From positions 947-64,946 of the forward strand of contig CAITTG010000079.1 in the NCBI GenBank assembly GCA_903895255.1: a DNA stretch of 64,000 nucleotides. Reading direction: 5' to 3'. The translations under genes were made by a program, and so were the position numbers. Every line of letters begins with the position of its first letter. Positions within the stretch are counted from its first letter, which is position 1. Shown piece by piece: positions 1 through 8,925 of this stretch. The DNA is from an uncultured Verrucomicrobia subdivision 3 bacterium (GTDB lineage: Bacteria; Verrucomicrobiota; Verrucomicrobiia; Limisphaerales; UBA11358). The notes below the pieces were generated by a model. It was not told the DNA's origin. It saw only the letters and a program-made list of their open reading frames with translations, and did no database searches.

Positions 1-221
1 ACACTCTGTATTTGTTGCAAATGAAACGCGCCGGGTTTTAAAAATGGTTTGGGGATGGCAAGCTCCCATTGGTTGCCCCGCAAGGCGGTTGTGTGTAACA
101 ACACAGTAACCAGATCAAGCTCCTCATCCGCGGGATTATCCGTCAGCAACAATGCCGGACGCACTTTGGCCGCCAAGCCAAAATCCACCAGCCATACCTC
201 ACCTCTTTTGACGGCGGGCAT
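1..221 (-). CDS. PemK/MazF-family toxin (partial, runs off the window start; not in the ORF track)
   Basis: Manual translation gives MPAVKRGEVWLVDFGLAAKVRPALLLTDNPADEELDLVTVLLHTTALRGNQWELAIPKPFLKPGAFHLQQIQSV. The RGEVWLVD...KxRPAL pattern is the MazF N-terminus. It overlaps the 3' end of the upstream small ORF. An alternative ATG lies at 227. Confidence 0.85.
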   Translation of the reverse strand, partial: MPAVKRGEVWLVDFGLAAKVRPALLLTDNPADEELDLVTVLLHTTALRGNQWELAIPKPFLKPGAFHLQQIQS

Positions 222-387
222 CTTCATCTTCCATGCGGTCAAGCATTAAGGCACCCTCAAGGGCCGCCTGGTCACACAGTGCAACCTCATCATTACCCGC
301 CGCGAGTTCGGACAGTTTACGTCGCACCGCCCGCCTTTCGGCATCGGTCAGCTTTGGCAATTCGCTCAGGATTTCCGTCGCGCTCAT
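199..387 (-). CDS. Putative antitoxin (addiction-module component)
   Basis: 62 aa with an acidic C-terminus, MSATEILSELPKLTDAERRAV. Lies upstream of and overlaps the MazF-like toxin. Confidence 0.7.
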   Translation of the reverse strand: MSATEILSELPKLTDAERRAVRRKLSELAAGNDEVALCDQAALEGALMLDRMEDEDARRQKR

Positions 388-484
388 AAAATGAATCTAC
401 TGTCTGGGCCAGATGCTGGCAAGTACGGTTCAGCGGTACCTAAAATTAAGGACATCGACGGGGTGGTTTTGCGACCCGTTGAGT

Positions 485-524
485 AAAAACGCGCCAGCGA
501 TGTCGCCGCATCCACTGGCGCGTT
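485..524 (-). terminator. Rho-independent terminator after the PEP-CTERM pair
   Basis: Inverted repeat AACGCGCCAG...CTGGCGCGTT followed by a T-run on the minus strand. Confidence 0.6.
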
Positions 525-544
525 CGGGCAATTTAACGCGTGAA

Positions 545-1087
545 TCAGGCTTTTTTGCTGCCTGACCGGCGGCAGAGGCCGATCATGGCCAGACTCACTC
601 CTGCGGCCATGACATAGGAAGCGGGCTCGGGGGTGACCACCACTGCGAACGTGACGATCTCGTCGGGAGTGACTGACCAGCCGACTGGATTGTAAACGGA
701 GGTGTTATATGAATAAATGATCGCACCTCCGGCGGTGTTATCAATCGGCAGTGACTGTTCGAGCCACAATGGACTGAGAAGTTGGGTTTCGTAAGCCGGC
801 AACCAAGACGCCGGTTGATTGTAAAAACCCAACCCGGCCAGACTCGGGCCTTGCGCGATCAAGTCGTAATCCAGGATGCCATTTGGAGCATCGATGAACC
901 ATGGCTGTGATTCCAAGAGAGTGCTGTACTGTTTGAAGGTTCCCGTGATGGTGCCAATTTGGTAATCGGTGCCGTTATAATTGAGCGTCACATCCGCCGT
1001 GGCCGCCAGGGTGCAGGCAAGCGATGCTCCCAAGGTTGAAACAAGTGCTTTTATCATAGGTTTTGCGTGTTTCAGTGTTGAGCTCAT
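545..1087 (-). CDS. PEP-CTERM-type sorted surface protein, copy 2
   Basis: Signal peptide ending ATA-DVT and C-terminal VVTPEPASYVMAAGVSLAMIGLCRRSGSKKA (PEP, TM helix, basic tail). Probable start is ATG 1087 (TGATG overlap with the upstream stop) or 1057, not 1207. Confidence 0.8.
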   Translation of the reverse strand: MSSTLKHAKPMIKALVSTLGASLACTLAATADVTLNYNGTDYQIGTITGTFKQYSTLLESQPWFIDAPNGILDYDLIAQGPSLAGLGFYNQPASWLPAYETQLLSPLWLEQSLPIDNTAGGAIIYSYNTSVYNPVGWSVTPDEIVTFAVVVTPEPASYVMAAGVSLAMIGLCRRSGSKKA

Positions 1088-1626
1088 CAGGCTTTTTTGC
1101 CAGCTGACCAGCGGCAGAGGCCGATCATGGCCAGACTCACTCCTGCGGCCATGACATAGGAAGCGGGCTCGGGGGTGACCACAACAGCATACGTCGCCAC
1201 TTGCCACGGAGCGGGAGCCTGACCGATGAGACTTGTTGAGTTGTAAGCGACAAAATCTGTCCCTTCAACCGCAAAGGTGTAATCCGTCCCGGGCGCATTT
1301 ACAGCCAGTCCAGCCCAAATCGGGCTGGCCAGATTGGTTTCCGAATCGGGCAAATAATACTCGGGTTGATTAAAAAAGCCCAATGGGGCCAAATCCGCCG
1401 CCTCAGTTCTCAAGTAATACTCCAAAGTATAACTATTGTACCAAGGTTGTGATTCAATAAGATTTTTGTACTGATTAAAGGTACCCGTCACGGTGCCAAC
1501 AGTGTAATTGACTCCGTTGTAGTCAAACGTCACATCCGCAGTGGCCGCCAGTGTGCAGGCAAACGATGCTCCCAAGCCAATAACAAGTGTTTTCATCATA
1601 GGTTTTGAATACTCCAATTTCCGCAC
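1087..1626 (-). CDS. PEP-CTERM-type sorted surface protein, copy 1
   Basis: Same signal peptide and PEP-TM-basic tail as 545..1087. The true start may be the ATG near 1596-1599. Confidence 0.8.
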   Translation of the reverse strand: MRKLEYSKPMMKTLVIGLGASFACTLAATADVTFDYNGVNYTVGTVTGTFNQYKNLIESQPWYNSYTLEYYLRTEAADLAPLGFFNQPEYYLPDSETNLASPIWAGLAVNAPGTDYTFAVEGTDFVAYNSTSLIGQAPAPWQVATYAVVVTPEPASYVMAAGVSLAMIGLCRWSAGKKA

Positions 1627-1803
1627 TGATATTAGTGCAGATTATAGGTATCTTATCGGCAGCCCCCAGGCTGTCAAGCGACAGTTTGGTATCCGGGTGA
1701 AAACGGGTGCACCCTGAGCGCGGGTTGCCCAAAGACAAAAAGCCTGGAAATCCGGGCCGCGGCCAAGGATGCAGCCCGACATTGGCAGGCATGTTTATAT
1801 TGC

Positions 1804-1827
1804 TGCGCCCGGGGACGGGCGCACTCC
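1804..1827. repeat. REP-like palindrome
   Basis: The minus strand reads GGAG-TGCGCCCG TCCC CGGGCGCA: a tetranucleotide followed by a perfect 8-bp stem, intergenic. Confidence 0.5.
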
Positions 1828-1883
1828 GAGGCAGTTTTACGGGGCGCAAGCCCCCCGGCTGGCTAGGTGGATCAATCCGCCCC

Positions 1884-2762
1884 TCAGTACAACCACTTGC
1901 CAATTTTCCCGGTCGCGTCCAATTCCACGCCCTGGCGGCGGTAGGCCCAGCACATGTAGCTGACGCTGACAAAGAACGACGCCGGCACGCGGTTGGCCGC
2001 GCAAATCTTCACCCCGAGCAGGGTGGTTTTGCCGCCGAAACCCATCGGGCCGATGCCCAGTTCGTTGGCGGTCTTCAAAATATTCTGCTCCAGGGCGTCC
2101 AGCTCGGCCACGGGATTGCGGTCTTGAAGCAGGCGGAGAAACTGGGTCTTGGATAATTCATAGCCCGTTGCCCGGTCGCCGCCGATGCACACGCCGAGGA
2201 TGCCCGGGCCGCAGCCCTTGCCCTGGGCTTGCAACACGGCGTCCAAAATCACTTTGCGGCAGCCATCCAGATCGCGGTTGGCGTGGAGTTTTTCGATGGG
2301 CAGGGAATATTGCGCGCCGACGTTTTCGCAGCCGCCGCCCTTGAGCACCAGGCGCACGCGCACCTCCGGGGAACGGTGCTGGTGAAAATGGAGCGCGGGC
2401 GCGCCGGGACCCACGTTGGTGCCGTCGTTTTTGCCCGTGATGGAATCCACCGAATTCTGCCGCAGGAAGCCTTTTTTGGTGGCGAGCGTCACGGCCGCCC
2501 GGGCGGTCTCGCCAAAGGCGATCTGGTCGAACCCCACGGGGCAATCCACGTAAAACAAAATGCTGCCGGTGTCCTGGCAGATGGGCTGGGATTTCTTTTT
2601 GGCCAGGGCGATGTTTTGCTCGATGATCTTGAGGGCGGACTCGGCAATCGTCCCTTTTTTTTCGTTTTCCAGCGATTGAATCAGGGCTTGATTGACGTCG
2701 TCGGGAATTTCCGCCGAGGTGCGCCGAATCAGTTCCAATAGGGATTCCGGTAAATCGTTCAT
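1884..2762 (-). CDS. Class I (Fe-S) fumarate/tartrate hydratase, alpha subunit
   Basis: Motifs PICQDTG, KGGGCEN, GCGPGILGVCIGG and LGIGPMGFGGKTT; 292 aa, the size of a split alpha subunit. Confidence 0.9.
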   Translation of the reverse strand: MNDLPESLLELIRRTSAEIPDDVNQALIQSLENEKKGTIAESALKIIEQNIALAKKKSQPICQDTGSILFYVDCPVGFDQIAFGETARAAVTLATKKGFLRQNSVDSITGKNDGTNVGPGAPALHFHQHRSPEVRVRLVLKGGGCENVGAQYSLPIEKLHANRDLDGCRKVILDAVLQAQGKGCGPGILGVCIGGDRATGYELSKTQFLRLLQDRNPVAELDALEQNILKTANELGIGPMGFGGKTTLLGVKICAANRVPASFFVSVSYMCWAYRRQGVELDATGKIGKWLY

Positions 2763-2926
2763 AAGCTGAGAGGAAAGGTAAGACCTTACCGCAGCAGCGT
2801 CAATTACGACGATGACTTACCAAGGGCCAGTCCCGCCCAATTCACCAGCAAGCAATAAAACACTGGCCGATGATCCCGAATGGGGCGGCAAACCAGATCG
2901 TTGGCACTATTCGCCCAGAGCCCGGA

Positions 2927-3107
2927 CTTAGCCGGAACAATTCATTTCAACCGCAGCTGAACGCAGATGAAACCATGAGGCAGGCAGGGGTTTGGCCCGC
3001 GATTGATCGAGAACGATTTGGTGCGCCATTTTTTCTCGTTTTCCGCCTTTGCCCATCTGCGTCTATCTGCGGTTAAAGCCTTTTGCAACTGAATTGTTCC
3101 GACTCAG
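2927..3107. mobile_element. MITE-like element with nested inverted repeats
   Basis: Outer inverted repeat CTTAGCCGGAACAATTCA (2927-2944) / TGAATTGTTCCGACTCAG (3090-3107), 16 of 18 matching. Inner imperfect inverted repeat AACCGCAGCTGAACGCAGATG / CATCTGCGTCTATCTGCGGTT. No credible ORF. Confidence 0.55.
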
Positions 3108-3217
3108 GGCTTCTGGTGAATTTTTTACCATTTCCCGCAATCGGATCAGGGGCAGGCAGCATGCTTCGCGGACCGGGGAAATTATGAAGCTTTGCCCAAC
3201 AGCTTCAATTGTAGGGA

Positions 3218-4759
3218 TCACCACGTTAGATTGAGTTGCAACTGAAAAACGACGGCGCAACCGGCATTCGGGTTGTCCACGGGATTGGCGATGACCTGGA
3301 GGTCGGGCTGGAGGGACGCCAGCGGGGTGAGTTGCAGGACATACATCGATTCAATCCCATACTCATTGGCGTGCGCGGCGGGTTCCAGAATGGCCGATGG
3401 CTGGCTCCAGATGAAGCCCACGCCTGCGTAATCATTACTCAAACTGGGCACCAGACCCGCGTATTTGAGCGGCGCCTGCAGGGCGAACCCGGTGGCAATC
3501 TGGCAGCGCGCACCCTGCACGGCCACCTGCGTGCCCCCCACCCCAAACCTCCCGAACCATGCGAACGGCGAGTCCTGGCCCAATTGCTGGCCGAGATTCA
3601 AACCCAGGCCGGTCTGGGTCTGGCCGTCCACGGTCGCGACGAAGGGTTGCAGCCGGTAGTTTCCCGGGCCCAGGCCGAACACGTCACCCGGCGTCAGCCC
3701 GAATTCCCACAGATAAGACCAGTTATTGAACCCCAGCGCGGTAAAGGGCGAACTGCCGGGCGGCTGGTTGTTGGCCCCGGTGCCGAACAGGATGTACCAG
3801 TCGTCGGTCGGCTGCCACTGCACGTTGGCCCCGAGGTTGTTGTAGGGTAACGGGAGCACCATGCTGTTCACCAGGGCGCTGTTCATGAACTGGCCCTGGC
3901 TGTTGTTCGCGTAGTTGTTGGCATCCAGATAACCGCTCTGGTTCACCAGGCCGCCCACCACCACGAGTTGGCCGTGCATCAGGGACTGCTGCCAGGCGAG
4001 TTCGGAAATCCGGCCGCCATTGGGTCCGGCCACGCTGGCGAGCGGATCGGTGAGGCTGCCCAGATTGCCTTGCGGAGTTTGGGTGCGGCTGGCGGGGGAA
4101 AGCCCCTCCTGCACGTTGACGCCCGTGCTCAGCCAGCCGGCGGTTCCTGCGTGCGTCGCCTCGGCCACGGCCCATTTGCTGTTAAAAGTGGCGGTGTAAT
4201 ATTGCAACGCACTGGAGCCGCTGGCGGCGTCCGAGAGGCTCACCAGGGTCACGCTCTGATAAAAATTATACCGCAGCCCCTGGTCGGACAGCCAATATTT
4301 GGCGGCCTGGGGATAACGGCTCAGGGGATCGTCCGGGATGACCGCGCCGGGCTGGATGGCGGTGTTGCCATATTCATCCAGGTTGGCCAGGTAGGGCATC
4401 AGCGTGGGCGGGGTGGCGGGGAACCATTCCCGATCCGGTTGCCCCACCTTGGTCTCAGCAATGCGCTGGGCCACGGCAGCGGGCATCGCCTCGCCTTTTT
4501 GTCCGGCGGGAAGCTGGCGTGCCAGTCCCGCCGCGGTCGGCGGGTGCAAGGCGTGGGCAACTGCATTGGTGGAGGTGGGAACCACCCGGCCCAGGCGATC
4601 CATCAGCAGCAGGTGACCGGGCGCGGCGTTGGTGCTGGCGCCGGCCGCGACGGCGCAAGGTGCGGGGAGGGCGGCCACCAGCAGTGTGAGGAAAAACGCC
4701 CGGCTCCGGGCGGTAGCGGCGATGGGGATGCGCGCGGGCATTACATCGAGGCGCTGCAT
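3218..4759 (-). CDS. OprB-like carbohydrate porin
   Basis: Signal peptide, ELAWQQSL, FMNSALVN, and a C-terminal EYGIESMYVLQLTPLASLQPDLQVIANP ending in an aromatic W, typical of the OprB family. Confidence 0.8.
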   Translation of the reverse strand: MQRLDVMPARIPIAATARSRAFFLTLLVAALPAPCAVAAGASTNAAPGHLLLMDRLGRVVPTSTNAVAHALHPPTAAGLARQLPAGQKGEAMPAAVAQRIAETKVGQPDREWFPATPPTLMPYLANLDEYGNTAIQPGAVIPDDPLSRYPQAAKYWLSDQGLRYNFYQSVTLVSLSDAASGSSALQYYTATFNSKWAVAEATHAGTAGWLSTGVNVQEGLSPASRTQTPQGNLGSLTDPLASVAGPNGGRISELAWQQSLMHGQLVVVGGLVNQSGYLDANNYANNSQGQFMNSALVNSMVLPLPYNNLGANVQWQPTDDWYILFGTGANNQPPGSSPFTALGFNNWSYLWEFGLTPGDVFGLGPGNYRLQPFVATVDGQTQTGLGLNLGQQLGQDSPFAWFGRFGVGGTQVAVQGARCQIATGFALQAPLKYAGLVPSLSNDYAGVGFIWSQPSAILEPAAHANEYGIESMYVLQLTPLASLQPDLQVIANPVDNPNAGCAVVFQLQLNLTW

Positions 4760-4859
4760 GGTTTCCTGGTCGGGCTGGTTAAGTCCGGTTCGTTATAAAA
4801 TGTCGCGGGCCGCCCCTGGTTCACAGAAGCGGCCCGCGTGGTTCACATGCCCAATGAAT

Positions 4860-7475
4860 TTATTGGATGCCCATGGCGGCCTGCTTCTCCGCCGCTTCAA
4901 ACTTCTGGATATCCTCGGGCGACAACTGCGGCCGGTCAATCTTGATGGTCAATTTATTGAACTTGGCCGTCAAGGGGAACGGGGGCAGGTAATCGGCGTC
5001 GTTCACGCCGGTAATGGTGTCCGAACCAATGTCGAAGCTCTCATCCCATTGCAGGGTCATGGGAATGGTCCGTTCCATTCGCTTCGTTTCAACCACGGCG
5101 CCGTCCACCTTCAAGGTGCCGGTGCCGCCTTTGCCGATGCCGGAGAAGTTGTTGAAGGCCATCGTGCCGAGGCCGAGGCCGTCGTACGTGAAGTCGAACT
5201 CAATGGTATGCTGGCCGGGGGGCAGGGCCTCCGCGGCTTCCCATTTCACCCGTTCCAAATCCAGCAGGTTCCAGCAGAACACGGGCTTGCCCTTGAGCAG
5301 GTAAAAACCCCAACCCGCAAAACGCCCGCCCGAAGTGGCAATCATGCCTTCCGCGCCGCCTTCCGGCACGGTGAGATCGGCCGTGAGGCTGTAGGAGGTG
5401 TCCAGGAGGAAGGGAGCATCCCCCTGCGGCACGCCGGTCATCGGCCGGGTGTAAACCAGCTCGTTGTGGCCGGCCGTCAGGTTCGGCCGCGGGGCCGCGA
5501 CGCGGGCGCCCACGGAGGCGTCCATGGGGAAGACTTGATACTTCCTGGCTTCCGCGATGAATTTCTTGCGCATTTCCGTGACCTTGTCCGGATATTGCGC
5601 GGCGATATCCACCGTCTGGTTCCAATTCTGGTTAAGGTTGTAGAGTTGGAAAACATGGTTGTTAAGCGGGTCCGGGTTGGCCGGGCTGAATGCGTCCCAC
5701 GGGGCGCGCTTGGATTTGGTGCTTAACAGCCAGCCGTCGTCATAGAGCGCCCATTGCCCCATCATTTCGAAATATTGGGTCTTGTGCCGGGACGGCGCCT
5801 TGGCGTTGGCCGCGTCAAAGGTATAAGCGAAGCTGGTGCCCTCGATGGGTTTCTGCTTGATGCCATCCACGGTTTCGGGCGCGGAGATGCCGGTGGCTTC
5901 GAGCAGTGTCGGCACCACGTCAATGTCGTGGATGAACTGTTCGCGAACCCCGCCCGCGTCTTTGATGCGCGCCGGCCAGGAAACCACCATGTTTTGGTTG
6001 ATGCCGCCGAGCCGGTTGGCATTCTGCTTGAACCAGTCGAAGGGCGTGTCAAACGCCCAGGACCAGCCCGCCGACATGTGGTTATAGGTGAATTCGGTGC
6101 CCCAGGCATCGTAGTACTTCATCTGCACGCCCACGGGCGGGCGGACGCCGTTAAAGAATGCCACTTCGCTATAGGTGCCATCCGGGCCGCCCTCGGCGCT
6201 CGTGCCGTTGTCGCCGTTTTGGTAAATAATCAGCGTGTTGTCGAGCTTGCCCAGATCCTTGAACCCCTGAATGACCCGGCCGATCTCGTAATCGGTGTAG
6301 GCAATATAGGCCGCGAACACCTCAACCTGCCGGATGTATAGTTTCTTTTCATCGTCCGACAAACTATCCCAAGGCTTGAGCATGTCCGAGGGCCACGGCG
6401 TGAGTTCTTCGTTCGGCGGAATCACGCCCAGGCGTTTCTGGTTGGCAAAGATGCGCTCCCGCAACTTTTCGTAACCGTCGTCAAACAGGTGCAGGGCGTG
6501 AATTTTGTCCACCCACTCCTTGGTCGGATGATGCGGCGCGTGCGCGGCACCCGGCACGTAGTAAAGAAAGAGGGGCTGGTCGGGCGAGGTTTGGTGAATC
6601 CGGTACATCCAGTCGAGGGCATCGTCGGCCATCGCGGTGATCAGGTTCCAAGAGGGTTCCTGGCCGGTGACTGGCCAGATCTTGGCGGCGGGATCCGACC
6701 GATCCAGCTTCAAAGTGCCCTCGTGACCGAGATAAGGGTAAATCTGGGTGGTGTTGCGAAAGAGGTTCGGCTCCCATTGATTGGCGTCGCCGCCCACGAA
6801 ACCATAGAAGTAATCGAATCCCAGGCCGGTCGGCCACTGGGTGAAGGGACCCGCCTGGCTGGCCTGGTAGCTGGGTGTGTTGTGGTCCTTGCCGAACCAG
6901 CTCGTGGCGTAGCCATTGTCGCGCAGAATCCGGCCTATCGTCGCGCTGTCCGCGCCAATGACGCTGTTGTAGCCCGGGAAGCCGGTCGCCTGCTCGGAAA
7001 TCACGCCGAAGCCGACCGAGTGATGGTTGCGCCCGGTAATGAGCGCGGCGCGCGTGGGGGAGCACAGCGCGGTGGAGAAGACGCGGGTGTAGCGCAAGCC
7101 GCTGGCCGCGATACTATCCATGGTGGGGGTCGGGACGACGCCGCCGAACGTGCTCGGGATGCCGAAACCGGCATCGTCGGTCATGATCAGCAGGACATTG
7201 GGCGCGCCCTTGGGCGGCACCACTCGCGGGGCCCACCAGGGTTTGGAATGGAGGGCATCGGTGGTGATTTCACCGCCAAATTTCGGGGGCGGCGGCGGCA
7301 GTTGCTTGCCGCTGATCGTGGTGGTCGCGTTGGGTGAGCCGGGTATGCCCGTGGTTTCAATGGGGGTGCCACTGTTTCCCGCAGTGCCTGGCCCCGTGGT
7401 GCAGGAGGTCATCCCCAGCACGGTGGCCATGGACACAACAGTCAGTCCGTAGCGCCATAAGTTGGTTCGCTTCAT
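4860..7475 (-). CDS. Arylsulfatase (Cys-type, formylglycine-dependent), likely lipoprotein
   Basis: PNVLLIMTDD, the CSPTR sulfatase signature and GKDH, plus a C-terminal LamG-like extension. Start MKRTNLW at 7475 with lipobox-like MTSC. Confidence 0.92.
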   Translation of the reverse strand: MKRTNLWRYGLTVVSMATVLGMTSCTTGPGTAGNSGTPIETTGIPGSPNATTTISGKQLPPPPPKFGGEITTDALHSKPWWAPRVVPPKGAPNVLLIMTDDAGFGIPSTFGGVVPTPTMDSIAASGLRYTRVFSTALCSPTRAALITGRNHHSVGFGVISEQATGFPGYNSVIGADSATIGRILRDNGYATSWFGKDHNTPSYQASQAGPFTQWPTGLGFDYFYGFVGGDANQWEPNLFRNTTQIYPYLGHEGTLKLDRSDPAAKIWPVTGQEPSWNLITAMADDALDWMYRIHQTSPDQPLFLYYVPGAAHAPHHPTKEWVDKIHALHLFDDGYEKLRERIFANQKRLGVIPPNEELTPWPSDMLKPWDSLSDDEKKLYIRQVEVFAAYIAYTDYEIGRVIQGFKDLGKLDNTLIIYQNGDNGTSAEGGPDGTYSEVAFFNGVRPPVGVQMKYYDAWGTEFTYNHMSAGWSWAFDTPFDWFKQNANRLGGINQNMVVSWPARIKDAGGVREQFIHDIDVVPTLLEATGISAPETVDGIKQKPIEGTSFAYTFDAANAKAPSRHKTQYFEMMGQWALYDDGWLLSTKSKRAPWDAFSPANPDPLNNHVFQLYNLNQNWNQTVDIAAQYPDKVTEMRKKFIAEARKYQVFPMDASVGARVAAPRPNLTAGHNELVYTRPMTGVPQGDAPFLLDTSYSLTADLTVPEGGAEGMIATSGGRFAGWGFYLLKGKPVFCWNLLDLERVKWEAAEALPPGQHTIEFDFTYDGLGLGTMAFNNFSGIGKGGTGTLKVDGAVVETKRMERTIPMTLQWDESFDIGSDTITGVNDADYLPPFPLTAKFNKLTIKIDRPQLSPEDIQKFEAAEKQAAMGIQ

Positions 7476-7994
7476 AGAGTTTGGAGGTTCTGCCCGGAGG
7501 GGCGGCTTTGGATGTTTTGGTGGATTTGTCGATGAATCAAAAGTCGATGGCAGACATGACACCGGCCGATTTTTTTCATCATTAGTTTGTTAGGAGTTCC
7601 ATGGATTACCGAACTTGGCTATTTTTGTACCCATTATTGGTCGTTTGAACAAGCCGAAATTGGCAGGAGAAATTGACGGGTGTCGAGTGAATCGGGTTTA
7701 GGCTGCGGCGGTTGATGGTAATAATTTGGTTTTCAATGGGTTGGAACCTATTTCTCCAAAGGGGGGTTGTTTGCGCCCTGGCCCGGCCCGGCAAGCGACA
7801 AAAAATAAACCAGCCTTTCCCGGCTGGGGTTTCGCTTGGGCTGGCGGTGGCTATCGATGTCGGCGCCGGGGCCCAAGCCATGGGCCAACTCTAGTTTCTC
7901 CTATAGCTGATCAAACTTTCAGCAGGCTAATTCGAGTCGCTGCCACACTGGCGAAGCGCGGGGCCGGGCAATTACCCGAGTGCGCCCGGAGGTT

Positions 7995-8381
7995 TCAATG
8001 ATATCCGCCATGATGGCCTCCGCCATCCCCGCCGCTGAAGGAGGACGAATCATGGTAATGATGGTGGGCAGGCCCGCCGGCGGCATCCGGGGTGGGGTGA
8101 TGATGATGTCCGGGGTGGTGGTGGCTGTGAGGTGGCTGCCCCGGCTGGTCACCGGGTTGGGGTGGCGCGCCGGGCGGATTCGCGTTCATCCAAAAAAACA
8201 GCCAGGACGAGGCGTCCGCCGGGGGCGGGCCGCCGGGACCTGGTGTCCGCCCCAATTGCCGGATGCGAAAGAGGCAGGTGAACACCAGCGCCAGGACGAT
8301 CATTACTGCCAGCCAGACCGAGACGGTCAGGAACAGAATCGTGGCGACGATTCCCACCAGGAAAACAATCAGGGGTGGCAT
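7995..8381 (-). CDS. Small membrane protein with a His/Pro/Gly-rich tail
   Basis: Two N-terminal hydrophobic segments, then PPHSHHHPGHHHHP...GGGHHGGYH. Confidence 0.6.
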   Translation of the reverse strand: MPPLIVFLVGIVATILFLTVSVWLAVMIVLALVFTCLFRIRQLGRTPGPGGPPPADASSWLFFWMNANPPGAPPQPGDQPGQPPHSHHHPGHHHHPTPDAAGGPAHHHYHDSSSFSGGDGGGHHGGYH

Positions 8382-8398
8382 GGTCTTATCCTCCGGGT

Positions 8399-8899
8399 TT
8401 AGGTTTCGGGCACGGGCACTTTTAACACCGCTTTGCGCACAAGCTGCGGCCCGGTGATTTGCAGCGCGCCCATGTGGGCGTCGTCCGGGAAATAAATCGC
8501 GGCGTCGCCGGCGCGCAGGTGCAGTCGGGAGGCGTGGGGGACATCCAGATAAAAGGTGGCGTCGCGCTCGGGATTGTAGGCATCCCGAATGACTAGGCTG
8601 CCGGGATGCGTGACCTCCATGGATTCTTCCCCGGCCAGGAGCACCTGCACATCCACATACTTGCGATGGGTTTCAAACACGCCCTGGGCGCGCGATTTGG
8701 TGAGGTACACCTGTTCCAGCGCAAAGGTGCCACCGCTCAGGTCGCGCTTGAAAGTTTCCCCGGCGGCGAGTGACTGCATTTTCAAATGGGCGGCGGTGCC
8801 GGGAGTGAACAATTCTTCCAGATACGCAAACGCCGGTTGCAACCAGGGCAGGTGGGCGGTTTGCTGCCGAACCGTTACGAGGGTGCCAAAGATAGCCAT
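8399..8899 (-). CDS. YhcH/YjgK/YiaL family protein
   Basis: FETHRKYVDVQ...GEE and IYFPDDAH motifs; 166 aa. Confidence 0.88.
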   Translation of the reverse strand: MAIFGTLVTVRQQTAHLPWLQPAFAYLEELFTPGTAAHLKMQSLAAGETFKRDLSGGTFALEQVYLTKSRAQGVFETHRKYVDVQVLLAGEESMEVTHPGSLVIRDAYNPERDATFYLDVPHASRLHLRAGDAAIYFPDDAHMGALQITGPQLVRKAVLKVPVPET

Positions 8900-8925
8900 G
8901 AGTCAATAAGCGATGATTTTTAGAG

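Noticed and set aside
49-249. 66-aa plus-strand ORF
   Set aside because: It is antisense to the MazF-like toxin.
545-1626. Diversity-generating retroelement or CRISPR-like repeat-spacer array
   Set aside because: There are only two units, the repeats are coding, no reverse transcriptase or cas gene is present, and the differences are not adenine-specific.
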